Notes: generated from the sequence alone by a model not told the origin. DNA of 64,000 nucleotides from Eledone cirrhosa (GCA_964016885.1 OZ024745.1:71486001-71550000); one strand, 5' to 3'; shown: positions 1-13,555, counted from the stretch's first letter. Numbers and translations are program-made.

Positions 1-1847
1 CAATGGAAACCCAAGACTGACAGTCATCTCAGCCTATAGTCTAACCGAGGGGGACAGTGGTGTGAGTGTGGAAGAGTTCCATGAGGAGGTGTGTAGAGCT
101 GTCAACACCACTCAAGCACACAACATCCTGCTTGTTTTGGGGGACTTCAATGCACATCTGAGTAAGGAGGACAGTGAAGATCCTTGCTGGTACTTCCATA
201 ACAACACCAACTGAAATGGAAGACTACTGAGAGACACCCTGCTGGGGGCGAACTTGATAGCGACCAACCTAAGGTTTAGGAAGAATCCGGGGAAGATGTG
301 GACCTACATCTCAGATATGCACCTGTCCAAGTCCCAGATTGATTTCATTCTGGTGAGGAAAAAGTGGCGGAATAGTGTTCTGAACACAGAACCATACAAC
401 TATTTCAGTACACTGGGTAGTGACCACCGGCTTGTTATGAGTGAGGTCCGGGTAAGCTTAAGAAAGAGCAAGGCTCAGCTCCGGAGAGCAATCTATGACT
501 GGGGAACTTTCAAGGAAGATGATAAGCTACAGGAGAGGTTCACAGTGGAAGTGAGGAACAGGTTCAGTGCTCTGTGTGGAGAGACAGAGGAGAGAGAGAT
601 TGGATAGACTGAGGAGAGTATGACGAGGTACGGGCACTTCACCAATGCAGTGGCGGAAGCAAGTGAAACCCAGGTGCCGAGGAAAAAGAACAAAAGGAAG
701 CACGTCAGCTCCGCAAACCCAAAAGTGTGTGCAGCCAGAGAACACCTGAAAGCTGCCAAGGACCAATTCTATGCTGATCCTACGGAGGAGAGGATGGAGA
801 CTGTGGAGGTGATGAGGGAAGAACTCTGTACCGCTTACACTGAGGCCAGAGAGGAGGCACTGATAGAGAAGATGAGAAGTGTGGAGAGATCGGTTGACAG
901 ATCTGGATGTAAAGAGAGCTGGATGATCATCAACGAAATCACATGGAGGAAGAGGTGTTCGAGTCAGATCCAGGGAACGGGGCCCGAGGATAAGAAGAGG
1001 AAATGGCTAGACCATTTTAGGACCCTACTAGGAGAGCTACCCTCCACAGCCCAGAGCAATGGGGAGATCGGGCGGCTGTTTGAGGAACTGGATATTGGGA
1101 CAGAGCCCTTTACCAGAGAGGAGCTTCAGAGAGTCAAGAAGAGGATCAAGGAGGGCAAGGCTCATGGAGAAGCTGGAGTGGCATCAGAGGTGATGAAGAG
1201 GTGTGATTTTGATGATATCATCCTGGGGTTCTGTAACCGGGCACTGGAGAAAGGAGTTGCCCCGATTCAGTGGAGGATCAGTAACATCGTCCCAGTGCCA
1301 AAGAAGGGAGATCTCTCTAACACCAACAACTACAGGGGGATCTCACTGACGTCACTTGTGGCAAAGACCCTCAATAGGATGATTCTTAACAGGATCCAGC
1401 CTGAGATGGAGAAGAAGCTCAGGGACAACCAGAACGGCTTCAGAGAGGGAAGATCAACCACCAGTCACATCCTGATGCTGAGAAGGATATTAGAGGGAGC
1501 TAGAGCAAAGTGCCTTCCTGCGGTATTGGTTTTCATTGACTTTAGGAAGGCCTTTGATTCTGTGGACCGTCACTGCCTGATGAAGATCTTACAGGCTTAT
1601 GGAATCCTCAAGAAGATAGTGGACCTGATATCACTGCTCTACACCAACACCAAAGCCCAAGTCATTACATCTGATGGGATGACAGAGTTCTTTGAGATAC
1701 TGGTTGGAGTGCTCGAGGGAGATACATTGGCTCCCTACCTTTTTATCATCGTAGAGGACTATTGTATGCACCTTGCACTGGAGAAACACCATGACTCTGG
1801 CTTTGCTGTAGTACCGGCTCAGAGCAGGAGAGTTAATGCGAAAAAGG
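1..1847 (+). mobile_element. RTE-group (RTE-X-like) non-LTR retrotransposon, 5' part: APE endonuclease and RT N-half, with premature stops
   Basis: Motifs LGDFNAH, SQIDFIL, GSDHRLV (APE) and PVPKKGD, NYRGISL, QNGFR, FIDFRKAFDSV, GDTLAPYLF (RT). In-frame stops at ~212 and 605. Confidence 0.9.
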
Positions 1848-2275
1848 TGTAGTAACTATGGCGACAGCGTGTTGACTATAGCAACGCAGTGTCGCCACCT
1901 GTGGGTAACACAAAAAAATAGCGAATTACTTCCCTTATCTCGGCGTTCTCTAAAAGAAGAGACGCCAATGTAAAACTCAAGAGATTTGGTTTTCAATTCC
2001 AGTCGCCTTTGTCCTGCCACGTGGACGTACTTTGTAAAAACGCCTGTTTTTTACCAAGAGATTTTCATATCTCTTCTTGAATGTAAGAATTAAGCCATTG
2101 CCGTTTGGCTTGCAGGGTATGTCCTATGAATGTAATTATTATGTTGTGTTTTGTTAAATGAATCATTTAATAAAAGATTAGCCTTGTTATCGTTAAAGCC
2201 CTTCTGTTTTAATTAATAATCTTAGAGAGATGAGATGTCGTTCACACACCTGGACGATATATCATTTTCTCTTTA
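1848..2275 (+). repeat. 5' LTR (TGTAG...CTTTA)
   Basis: Direct repeat of 7303-7729 with about 5-6 differences counted by eye. Confidence 0.95.
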
Positions 2276-2276
2276 T

Positions 2277-2289
2277 TGGTGACTCCTAC
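2277..2289 (+). other. Primer-binding site, tRNA-Trp-like
   Basis: TGGTGACTCCTAC lies 1 nt after the LTR. The complement of the tRNA-Trp 3' end is TGGTGACCCCGAC (2 mismatches). Confidence 0.65.
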
Positions 2290-2957
2290 TAAGAACAACT
2301 TTTAAAATTCTTCTGTGTTTAAAATTCTTCTGTATTGCTGAATTGTATCTCCTTCTGACCTGCCTTGCAAGCATAGTTAGATAAAAACAAAAAAAAATGT
2401 ATCACAACTCATCCAGCGTTTTATCAACAATGATATTTATTTTATGTACAAAGTGTGCGACGCTGCACATATATATATGGAATTCAGGCCCGTTGTTGTT
2501 TGGTATCTTGTCCTTGAGTGAACAATATTTTTCCTTTTGCATCAACTTCTCTCTTTAAAAAAAAAAAAAAAAAAAAAAAGGATTTCTCTGGATATAAAAT
2601 TTTGCTTTCAACCTTCTGTTAAAATAACAAAATGGAGACTCAAAAATTTTGTTTTCCCGCGTGTCTTCTACAATTTCCAGCTTGTCTTCTACAATCCCAG
2701 CTTGTCTTCTACAATCCCAGCCATCCGATTGGCTGCATCGTGCCACATGACGGCTTCTTCATCACAAACACATTTTTCAATCAGCCATCTTGGGATTTTC
2801 TTACCAAATAATTTTCATGGAAAATAATTTTTTTTATTATGCAAATTTTATTTTGGCCGGCGAGAATTTTCAAAATGAATTTCAGTTGAATTCGCGTGAA
2901 TAAGATTTTGGATTCCAGTGTCATTTTTTGGTCGCATAGCTGCTTCGAAGAAATAAT

Positions 2958-3815
2958 TTGGCCTTAAAAAAATTCATCAAATCTTTGGGCATCATGAATC
3001 AACATCATTTGCCGTCCTTCGCAAGCGACATCAAGTTATGGTTTTTGCAGCTTGAATGCTATCTTGATTTAACCAAAACCAAAGAACAGCATAAACTGAA
3101 GGTACTAGTTAGTGGCTTGCCTGTGTCGTTGGCATATTCCGTGAAGGATGTGGTAACCAATTTAGACGCAGACGTTATTTATGGCTCGTTGAAAGGGGAA
3201 ATTATTCGGAGGAATACCAAGTCAGCGGAAAGTCGTTTTCGGGAATTGTTAGATGATGCGCAAATGGGTGACAGGACGCCAAGCTCCTATTTGCGACATC
3301 TGCGGGAGTTGAGCGACTCCCAGGGGATGGACACCCCATTCCTCAAACAACTATTTTTCTCTCGTTTACCGCCAAGTGCGCAGATGGTCTTGGTCAATAA
3401 TTTGGAGAGGGAATCGTTAGATCAACTTGCCGCATCCGCGGATAGAATACTAGAGGTGGACTCTAACAGCAGTCGGCATAATCCTTGTGTGGCTTCTTCT
3501 TCTGCTCCCCCACGCAATTCTTCTGTGGCCGACAGCAAACTGTTGGAGATGATCGAGGCGCTCACCCAAAAAGTGGAGGATTTGACCGTACAACACAGAG
3601 AGCCTTCTCAACGTTTGAGGTACCGTTCGCCTCCGTTTGCTATTCCTCGAAACCGCTACGAGTACCGTTCGCCGCCGTCTTCTATTCATCGCCAGCACTA
3701 CAACACAGACAACAATAATTCTTCGTTTTGTTGGTATCATGCTAACTTCGGCAGTAGGGCACAACTTTGTCGCACGCCCTGTAATTACAAGAGATCGGAA
3801 AACGCAAAGCACTAG
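2958..3815 (+). CDS. Gypsy Gag (first ATG at 2994)
   Basis: LPSF...WFLQLE, LLDDAQMGDRTPS and a C-terminal CWYHANFG..A..C..PC motif. Confidence 0.85.
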   Translation: MALKKFIKSLGIMNQHHLPSFASDIKLWFLQLECYLDLTKTKEQHKLKVLVSGLPVSLAYSVKDVVTNLDADVIYGSLKGEIIRRNTKSAESRFRELLDDAQMGDRTPSSYLRHLRELSDSQGMDTPFLKQLFFSRLPPSAQMVLVNNLERESLDQLAASADRILEVDSNSSRHNPCVASSSAPPRNSSVADSKLLEMIEALTQKVEDLTVQHREPSQRLRYRSPPFAIPRNRYEYRSPPSSIHRQHYNTDNNNSSFCWYHANFGSRAQLCRTPCNYKRSENAKH

Positions 3816-6716
3816 TGAACTCTGGGAAAATCGACCGAACCGCCATCTTTTCGTATACGACCTACGGTCGAAAAAAATTTTCCTTGTCGATACTGGCGCG
3901 TCGCTGAGTATTTGGCCAGTCAGTTATCTCAAAAAAACCCCATCTGAATCAAATATAAATTTACGAGCACTCAACCACACGGCCATTCGAACGTACGGGC
4001 AAATTTCGCTTCCTCTTCGGTTAAAAAATTTGCGTCGTGAATTGAAGTGGAAGTTTACTATCGCCGACTTGCCATACGCCATTTTGGGAGCGGATTTCCT
4101 CCACCATTTTTCCTTGTCGATTGACATCCGCAGACAACGACTTTTTTATGCTAATACAGGCCTATCGTTCGAGGGTATAAAGCCGGAGATCGCCACAGTA
4201 AGCCCTGTTTTTTTCTTGGCTGAAGTGGGCAACCAGTATCACAGTTTGTTAAAATCATTCCCACAGCTGACGCAAGGAAGATTACGAATTGCTAGTCCGG
4301 ATCATGTGATTGAACACTTTATATCCACTACAGGTCCACCTGTTTTCTCACGTCCTCGAAGATTATCTGCAGAGAAGTTGAAAACTGCACGGTCTGAATT
4401 CGACCACATGCTGGAATTAGGAATAATTCGGCGTTCCACAAGTCCTTGGGCATCGCCTCTACATATGGTACTTAAATCTGCTGGTGATTGGAGACCGACG
4501 GATGACTACTGACGCTTAAACGCGATTACTGTGCCTGACCGTTATCCAATCCCGCATTTGCAGGATTTCGCTTCTTCATTACAAGGTTGCACAATTTTTT
4601 CTAAGCTTGATTTGATTCGTGCTTATAATCAGATTCCGGTTAAAAAGGAGGATATTCCGAAGACTGCTATTGCCACTCCTTTTGGATCTTTCGAGTTCAT
4701 TACTATGCCTTTCGGGCTAAGAAATGCGGCTAGTACCTTCCAACGATTTATGGATGATGTTACTCGGGACCTGGATTTTGTGTACACGTATATCGATGAT
4801 GTGTTGATTGCTAGTTCTTCTCCTGAGCAGCATTAAAAGCATCTGGATCTCGTATTTCGTCGTTTACAGAGATATAATGTTCGTATTAATGCTTCCAAGT
4901 GTGTTTTCGGCTCGACTTCACTAACATTTTTAGGCCATCTGATTGACACCGATGGTATTCGACCTCTTCCTGAGAAGGTTAAGGCAGTATCGGATTTGCC
5001 TCCGCCAAGTTCACTGCGACAATTGCGTCAATTCTTAGACCTTGTAAATTTTTATAGGCGATTCGTACCTAATTGTCCCAACTTGCTGTTCTCGTTGACA
5101 GAAATTTTTAAAAATTGCCGGCGTAAGAATATGGACATTTCCTTAAATAAAACGCAGCTTGAGGATTTAAAAAAAGTGAAAAAGGCGTTAGCGAGCGCGT
5201 CTTTGCTCGCCCACCCAGTGCCCAACGCCGAGCTATCGCTCTGTGTTGATGCGTCGGATACCGCCGTGGGCGCAGTCTTGCAACAGAAGTGCGATGGTTT
5301 ACAACAACCACTGGAATTTTTTTCGAGAAAGCTAAAGCCTGCCGAAAATCGTTATAGTACTTTCAGGCGTGAGCTTTTAGCAATTTATTTATCTGTGAAA
5401 CATTTCTCCCATGTTCTGGACGGGAGAGCGTTCACTATTTTCACAGATCACAAACCGTTGATTTTCGCTTTAAGATCAAAATCTGACAAATATTCGCCTA
5501 GGGAAACTAGACATCTGGATTTTGTTTCCCAATACACCAATGGTATTCAACATATTCCGGGTGCTTTGAACACTGCGGCAGACGCCTTGTCTCGCCTCCC
5601 GATAGCTTCGATCTCGTCGTCTAACGATATAGATTTGCGTCAAATGGCCATTGACCAACCTTCGCTTGAATCATTGGATTGCACATCGCCGGAGTTCATT
5701 AACTGCAATATGAAATACCTTCCTTTATCAACCGCTGACGGACAGATACTTTGTGATATCTCGTTGGACTCACCACGACCTCTCGTCCCAGTTGGTCATC
5801 GACGAACTGTATTTCTCGCTTTGCATGGCATTTCTCACCCAGGAGCTACAGCCTCGGTAAAACTCATAACAGATTTCGTCACACTCATGTGGACATCGTC
5901 GGCCCGTGGCCGATTAGTCGTGGTTATTCGTATATTTTGACGATCGTTGACCGTTTTTCGCGTTGGCCTGAAGCCATCCCTATGACAGATATCACTGCTG
6001 AAACGACAGCGCGTACTCTCGTATCTGCATGGATCGCTCGTTTTGGAGTACCAACCACAATAACAACGGACCGCGGTCGTCAATTTGAATCGAACCTCCG
6101 TGAATTAACACAAATTATTGGCGCTACTCGCATAAGAACCACGGCATATCATCCAGCATCAAACGGAATAGTGGAAAGATTTCACAGACAGCTTAAAGCC
6201 TCTTTAAGGGCTTCAATGGACTCTTCACGTTGGAGTGAGTACCTACCTATTGTGTTGTTAGGTATTCGGTCGACAATAAAGGTGGACCTTGGGTTCTCCC
6301 CGGCCGAATTGGTTTATGGTATTCCTCTTGCGTTACCGGGGCAAATGCTTGCTCCTGTTGATCTTGCTTCGCAGGATCCCGCTTCCTACGTGTCCCGGCT
6401 TCATTCTTACTTCCAGGATTTACCACCGATGGACACTAGGAAGCAAACTGTAAAAACTGCTGTCCCAAGGGATATTGCCTTGTGGACACATGTGTTCGTT
6501 AGAGACGACACTGTGAGACCCCCTCTCACACGGCCGTACTCTGGACCCTATCGTGTGCTTGCTCGTACAGAGAAACATTTCACAGTGGACATTAGGGGGT
6601 CCAGGGAAACTATTTCCGTTGATCGCCTCAAACGAGCCAATCTGGACACTGACACAGTGACACTTGAACCACAAATGCCCCCTTCTTTTTCTTCGCCACA
6701 TACACTTGTTTCTTAG
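3800..6716 (+). pseudogene. Gypsy Pol (protease, RT, RNase H, integrase) disrupted by stops and a deletion
   Basis: Motifs [65 protein letters not shown]. Stops at 4510 and 4834, frame change at ~5875. Confidence 0.92.
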
Positions 6717-7302
6717 TCCCCCACCCCACCACCACCACCACCACCACCACCACCAACATACAGAAATACGACCCGTTCAGGTCGAAGGGTGCATTGGCCC
6801 CGTAAGCTATGCAGTACTATAAACTTCTGAATTGTATTCTTTTTTCTTGCAGTTATTTTTACTGTATATTGAATTTGTTGTTGCATTTTGTACCCTCACT
6901 GCCTTTGGTATTTTTAAGGCATATTATAATTTTTCATTGCATTTTGTAACCTTACTGCCTATGGCATTTTCAATGCCTATCGTTTTTTTTTATCGAATTT
7001 GGGACCCTTACTGCGAATGGTATTTTTAATGCATTTTGCATTTATTGCTGCATGTGTATAATTATTGCATTTGTTGTATATTTTTTGTGTAATGCTTGCA
7101 TGCATTAACCTACATTAACCTATTTCACCTCTATATTGTTCGTTTTGAAACCGGTTTCAACAACTTGTAAAGAGTACCTTGTAAGGCTTTGGCTTCATTG
7201 TTATATACTACAGGAATTTTTCTTGCACCAATTTACAACTTCTAGTTCCTCCATGCTATCGTTTGTTTTACGATTTTTATTAAAAATCTGGTCGGAGGTG
7301 AT

Positions 7303-7729
7303 TGTAGTAACTATGGTGACAGCGTGTTGACTATAGCAACGCAGTGTCGCCACCTGTGGGTAACACACAAAAATAGCGAATTACTTCCCTTATCTCGGCG
7401 TTCTCTAAAAGAAGAGACGCCAATGTAAAACTCAAGAGATTTGGTTTTCAATTCCAGTCGCCTTTGTCCTGCCACGTGGACGTACTTTGTAAAAACGCCT
7501 GTTTTTGACCAAGAGATTTTCATATCTCTTCTTGAATGTAAGAATTAAGCCATTGCCGTTTAGCTTGCAGGGTATGTCCTATGAATGTAATTATTATGTT
7601 GTGTTTTGTTAAATGAATCATTTAATAAAAGATTAGCCTTGTTATCGTTAAAGCCCTTCTGTTTTAATTAATAATCTTAGAGAGATGAGATGTCGTTCAC
7701 ACACCTGGACGATATATCATTTTTCTTTA
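7303..7729 (+). repeat. 3' LTR
   Basis: Direct repeat of 1848-2275, preceded by purine-rich GGTCGGAGGTGA (weak PPT). Confidence 0.95.
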
Positions 7730-7733
7730 AAGG

Positions 7734-8506
7734 TATCAGATGCTGAATTTGCCGATGACATAGTTTTGGTGACAAATACAGTGAAGGGGGCAGAGGATTT
7801 GATGCGGGAGGTTGAGACTGTGTCGATGAGTATGGGGCTGAGAATGAATGAGACTAAAACAAAATATCTGGTAGAGAATGTTGAACAGCCAGAGGGGATC
7901 ACTAATGTAGGCGGGAAGCCGCTAGAATTGGTTGAGGGCTTCCTGTATTTGGGAGCAAAGATTGGGAATACGGAAGATGATGTGGTTGAGAGGAAGAGCA
8001 AAGCCTGGGCGGCGTGTCACAGCTTGAGATCGGTGTGGAAGTCGGACCTTCGTAAAGACCTGAAAATCCGCCTCTTCATTGCTGTAGTGGAGTCTATGCT
8101 GCTGTACGGGTCTGAGACTTGGACACTGACCAAGAAACTCACTCAGATGGTGGATGGGTGCTACACGAGAATGCTGAGGATGGCTCTGAACATTAATCAG
8201 TATACACTGAGGATGAAAAACTCAGAGCTATATGGGAGCCTCCCAAAAGTCAGCTCAAAAGTGACACAGAGTAGACTGAGGTTAGTTGGACATGCTTACC
8301 GACATCCAGAGTTGACATTGCACTCAGTGCTCCTGTAGGAGCCCCTACATGGACACACTGGAAGAGGAAGACCAAGGTTAACGTATGTTGATGCCCTAAG
8401 GACAGACACTGGTCTGTTGGAGACGCAGGACATGGCAGCGATAATGAGGGACAGAGACCGCTGGAGAGAACTCGTCCATGGATCTCGGGAATTTTACCCG
8501 CCCTAG
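7734..8506 (+). mobile_element. 3' part of the same RTE-group LINE (FADD motif to C-terminus), ending directly in (AT)n
   Basis: Motifs EFADDI, FLYLG, LLYGSETWTL, GCYTRMLR, GRGRP. Removing the Gypsy element and one TSD restores ...VNAKK-VSDAEFADD. Premature stop at 8336, final stop at 8504-8506. Confidence 0.9.
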
Positions 8507-9079
8507 ATATATATATATATGTAGAAATAAACACAGTAAATTGTGTCTAAAATTACGAGGGTTGAAATACCACATTGGTTTGATAGATTTAACCTGAAGC
8601 AAACGTAAGATATATAATATATATATACAGACCGTCTCAATAACTATTTCATCTCTCGGACAGATTAGAGATTTAATCTGTTTCGCCCTGAAAATTGTGT
8701 TTGTAACAGATAATCCGTAGGCTTTCCTCGGCGAAAGATAAGATCAAATGGAACAAACACATGTAACTACAATCCACACGAATGAATATCTCACCTCGTG
8801 TGTTGGACTTTAGGAATGGTATGAGTGGATATGCTAGAAATAATAGCCTTAGTACACCCAACTTATAAGCTCACCTAGTTAGGGAGCCAAAATACAAATA
8901 AAATACAGAGTTACTAACTGATATTGATACCCTGCAATTAACAAGTTCAAAGTATAAATACTGAGCATTATATAATAATATATGTAGAAATAAACACAGT
9001 AAATTGTGTGTCTAAAATTACGAGGGTTAATTGCAGGGTATCAATATGAGTTAGTAACTCTGTATTTTATTTGAATATA

Positions 9080-9112
<33 letters not shown>

Positions 9113-9123
9113 TGTATATATTC

Positions 9124-9155
<32 letters not shown>

Positions 9156-9521
9156 ACATGTATGTGTGTGTATGCATGTATACACACACATATATATACA
9201 TACATACATACATACATACATACACACATACATTTACTGTTTTCGTAGGTGTTTTAAATATTTACTTACTTCCATCTGTTATTTTATTGACAGATTTAAA
9301 AATGAAATTTTAAATGAATATATATTTTTAGAATGTCACTAAAAAGAAACACTACAACAATCATCTGACGGAATAGATATATTTTTAAAAAGATTATTAG
9401 ATTCTAGCATTTTACCAAAACTTTACATTCTGCAAAAAACAATTTTTTCTACATTTGTGGAGTCGACTCAAATATTTTAGATAGGATAATAATGAATAAG
9501 CAGACAACACAGATAAGTGGT

Positions 9522-9567
9522 GAAGAAGAAGAAGAAGAAGAAGAAGAAGAAGAAGAAGAAGAAGAAG

Positions 9568-9598
<31 letters not shown>

Positions 9599-9806
9599 CG
9601 GTGTGGAACGCCTTGTGGTGCGGTGTTAGCCCACATGCAGAGTGACACATTTCGTTGCAGATGCCACATACAAAACCAAGGTGTGTGGGGAACTTAAAGA
9701 TGTTATTTCCGTGAGTATGACGTCTGCTATGGCTTAGTAACCCGGCCTTTGACAAACACACCCGTCCACATTCCCCACAGGTAACAGTTTGTTTCAAATC
9801 TCATTC
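9522..9806 (-). mobile_element. RTE-like 3' fragment with two C2H2-like motifs, followed by (TTC)n
   Basis: CGECGRVCLSKAGLLSHSRRH is typical of RTE C-termini. (GAA)n run at 9522-9597. Confidence 0.6.
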
Positions 9807-10019
9807 TGGGGGCGGACTGACATCCCCCATAGGAAACGACACAACAGAGGTACAAAAAGTCTTAGTAGTTTCACGCTTTATTTGGAAATGCGGAAAGAAA
9901 GAAAGTTTGACGTATCGGGCTTTAACCCTTCTTCGGGAGTAAAAAAAATAAATAAAGACAGGATCGTAAAGGATGGATAGAGAAAATAAAAGGTAGACCA
10001 AGTAAAAAAAATGAAAATA

Positions 10020-10055
<36 letters not shown>

Positions 10056-10082
10056 ATATATATATATAGTTTTAATATAGAT

Positions 10083-10816
<734 letters not shown>

Positions 10817-10847
10817 AAAGACTATTTTGAGTTTTTAACTCAATCTA

Positions 10848-10945
<98 letters not shown>

Positions 10946-10998
10946 GTGAGGTTTTTTTACAAAAAGCAAAAAAACGAGGTGTCCTACACGAGTGAAAG

Positions 10999-11278
10999 TA
11001 TAAGGAAAAAAGATAAAATCGAAAATGCAACTGGAGTCTTTTTTTTGTTAAATATATTTATTTGGTTCCTTTACCGATTTCGCAGTTCTTGTGCTTTTCA
11101 AAAGTAGAATTGAGATGGAGGGGTTGTGGTTTTTCTCACATCTGATGTGAGAAAAACCACAACCCCTCCATCTCAATTCTACTTTTGAAAAGCAGAAGAA
11201 CTGCGAAACCGGTAAAGGAACCAAATAAATATTTCTTTTTTTAAAGACTCCAGTTGCATTTTCGATTTCATCCTTTTT

Positions 11279-11284
<6 letters not shown>
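10999..11284. repeat. Near-perfect ~285-bp palindrome centred at 11143, between (TA)n runs
   Basis: ...GGTTTTTCTCACATC T GATGTGAGAAAAACC... with arms complementary over ~140 bp. Confidence 0.92.
11177..11220 (+). ncRNA. Variant minimal type I hammerhead (U3-A8 core)
   Basis: CUU UUGAAAA GCAG-AAGAA-CUGC GAAA CCGG UA/ AAG, with palindromic ACCGGU helix III. Confidence 0.65.
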
Positions 11285-11332
<48 letters not shown>

Positions 11333-11337
<5 letters not shown>

Positions 11338-11470
11338 TGAGTTTCTACAGGACTAGAACTGTTTCATTCTTCAGAAATCATCGTGAATCTGAAATTCTTG
11401 ATGATTTCTCAAGAATTTCTCAAGAATGAAACAGTTCTAGTCCTGTAGAATCTCATCTATATTAAAACTT
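11333..11470. repeat. Hairpin of two degenerate copies of the 10083 hammerhead family
   Basis: CTACAGGACTAGAACTGTTTCATTC and its reverse complement. Cores are mutated to ACGATGA and TTGATGA. Confidence 0.8.
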
Positions 11471-11548
11471 TTATTCTCTGCTATGTATTGAGTACCTTAC
11501 TTACTGTGGTTACCTCCGATTCAACCCGGAATAACTTACCTATATATA

Positions 11549-13545
11549 CTAGCAGCTGAGCCCGGTTGCACCCGGGGCCACTTTTTATTAAGTTAATAAT
11601 TTGAAAAATATTATTGAAAGTTTATTATAAAGAAGCAGTTTCAGGAAAAAAAATAAAAATATGCACTTGGGGCTGGACGGCGTACAATGAGAAATGGAGC
11701 GACGTGAAAAGCGTTGTTTATTAACAGCAAAATAGCAATGTCGATGATATGCAAGTTTGAAAATGCAGATTATGAAGGTTTGTATGATAGTTTACACTTT
11801 GATTTTCCTGGTCAGCAAGAGGGGCCTCCTAACTTGAAAAATGTGGTCCCTAGGGCCCCCAAACGGTCTATTTACTATCGCTTCCGGTGAGTTATTTCCC
11901 CCTGTGCTAATACTTGGATGAGTTATTTTCCGTAGTCGCTTTCAATATTCATTGTCTTATTTACAATTTCATACAAATTTTTAAACTCATCAGTTTTTTT
12001 TAAATATTCATTGTAAACTTAATGAATGGGATCTATAAGCCCTTTGGTTGCCGAGTTAATTAATTCAGTTTTTTTTTAAATATTCATTGTGTTATTTAAA
12101 ATAACATATCAAAGACAACATTATTTCGCTGTTAATAAACTGTTGCCTTCTACAGTACGTTTCATACCCTCAAACCTAGTGTTTACCATGCAGCTTCTTT
12201 TATCAATCAATATGTATTTAACGACAATGAAATCCGGATGCTGAAAGTTTATTGAAAGTTTATTATAAAGAAGCAATTTCGGGGGAAAAAATAGAAATAT
12301 ACACTTGGGGCTGGACGGCGTACAATGAGAAGTGGGGCGACGTGAAAAGCGTTGTTTATTAACAGCGAAATAGCAATGTCGATGATATGCAAGTTTGAAA
12401 ATGCAGATTATGAAGGTTTGTATGATAGTTTACACTTTGATTGCCCTGATCAGCAAGAGGGGCCTCTATATATTAGACATTTATTAGAAGAGGGGGAAAT
12501 AACTAATCCCAGTATTAGAACAGGGGGTTCGCAATGTAAGGGTTTATTTCTTTTGTTAGAAAACAGTGACCTTTTTCGGTTTGGCATTTCGTAAAATTCT
12601 ACTGCAGAATCGATTTCATAAAACGGTTATTGTATGATCGTTATAGAAGTATTTAAATTTAATATAGAGCAACTGTAATTGAAAAATGAAAATGAAACGT
12701 ACTGTAGAAGGCAACAGTTTATTAACAGCGAAATAACGTTGTCTTTGATATGTTATTTTAAATAAGATAATGAATATTTAAAAAAAACTGAATTAATTAA
12801 CTAAGCAACCAAAGGGCTTATAGATCCCATTCCTTAAGTTTACAATGAATATTTTTAAAAAAACTGAATTAATTAACTCGGCAACCAAACGGCTTATAGA
12901 TCCCATTCATTAAGTTTACAATGAATATTTTTAAAAAACTGAATGAATTAACTCGACAACCCAAAGGCTTATAGATCCCATTCATTAAGTTTACATGCAT
13001 GTATTCTTTAAACTTTTCATTTGACTTTGAAAAATACTACTTACTGTTAGTGGTGGTTAACATGTATTAGAATTAAAATAAAAACACGCGTCCCTTCTTC
13101 GCAATTTAAGGGTTTTATTTCTTTTGATGGAAAACAGTGACCGTTTTCGGTTTGGCATTTCGTAAAATGGTACTGCAGAATCGATTTCATAAAACGGTAC
13201 TGTATGTTAACAGCGAAAGGACGTTGTGTTTGATATGTTATGAAAAAATTGATGAGTTTAAAAATGTGTATGAAATTGTAAATAAGACAATGAATATTGA
13301 AAACAACTACGGAAAATAACTCATCCAAGTATTAGAACAGGGGGAAATAACTGACCGGAAGCGATAGTAAATAGACCGTAGGGACCACATTTTTCAAGTT
13401 AGAGATTTGAAACCTCGTCTATTTGCTTCCTTGGCAGTTTTTACATAGGTGTGTAAATTTTCATGTCCGTCCGACCACGTCTACTACCATTTAACCGTGC
13501 ACAACTGAATTTCAACCACCACCCATTTCACAAATATATATTAGA
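11549..13545 (-). mobile_element. Non-autonomous Helitron (~2 kb) with internal duplications and inversions
   Basis: Minus strand reads A|TCTAATATAT ... CCCGG-GTGCAA-CCGGG hairpin ... CTAG|T, with no TSD. Confidence 0.75.
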
Positions 13546-13555
13546 TATATAAGAG

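Larger units (their letters stand above)
1848..7729 (+). mobile_element. Full-length Ty3/Gypsy LTR retrotransposon (degenerate)
   Basis: Two ~428-bp LTRs, AAGG TSD at 1844-1847 and 7730-7733, and gag-PR-RT-RH-IN order. Confidence 0.97.

Noticed and set aside
3797-3803. G GAA AAC as a gag-pol -1 frameshift site
   Set aside because: In this copy the pol frame is +1 relative to gag, so it would need an extra indel. It cannot be supported without the family consensus.
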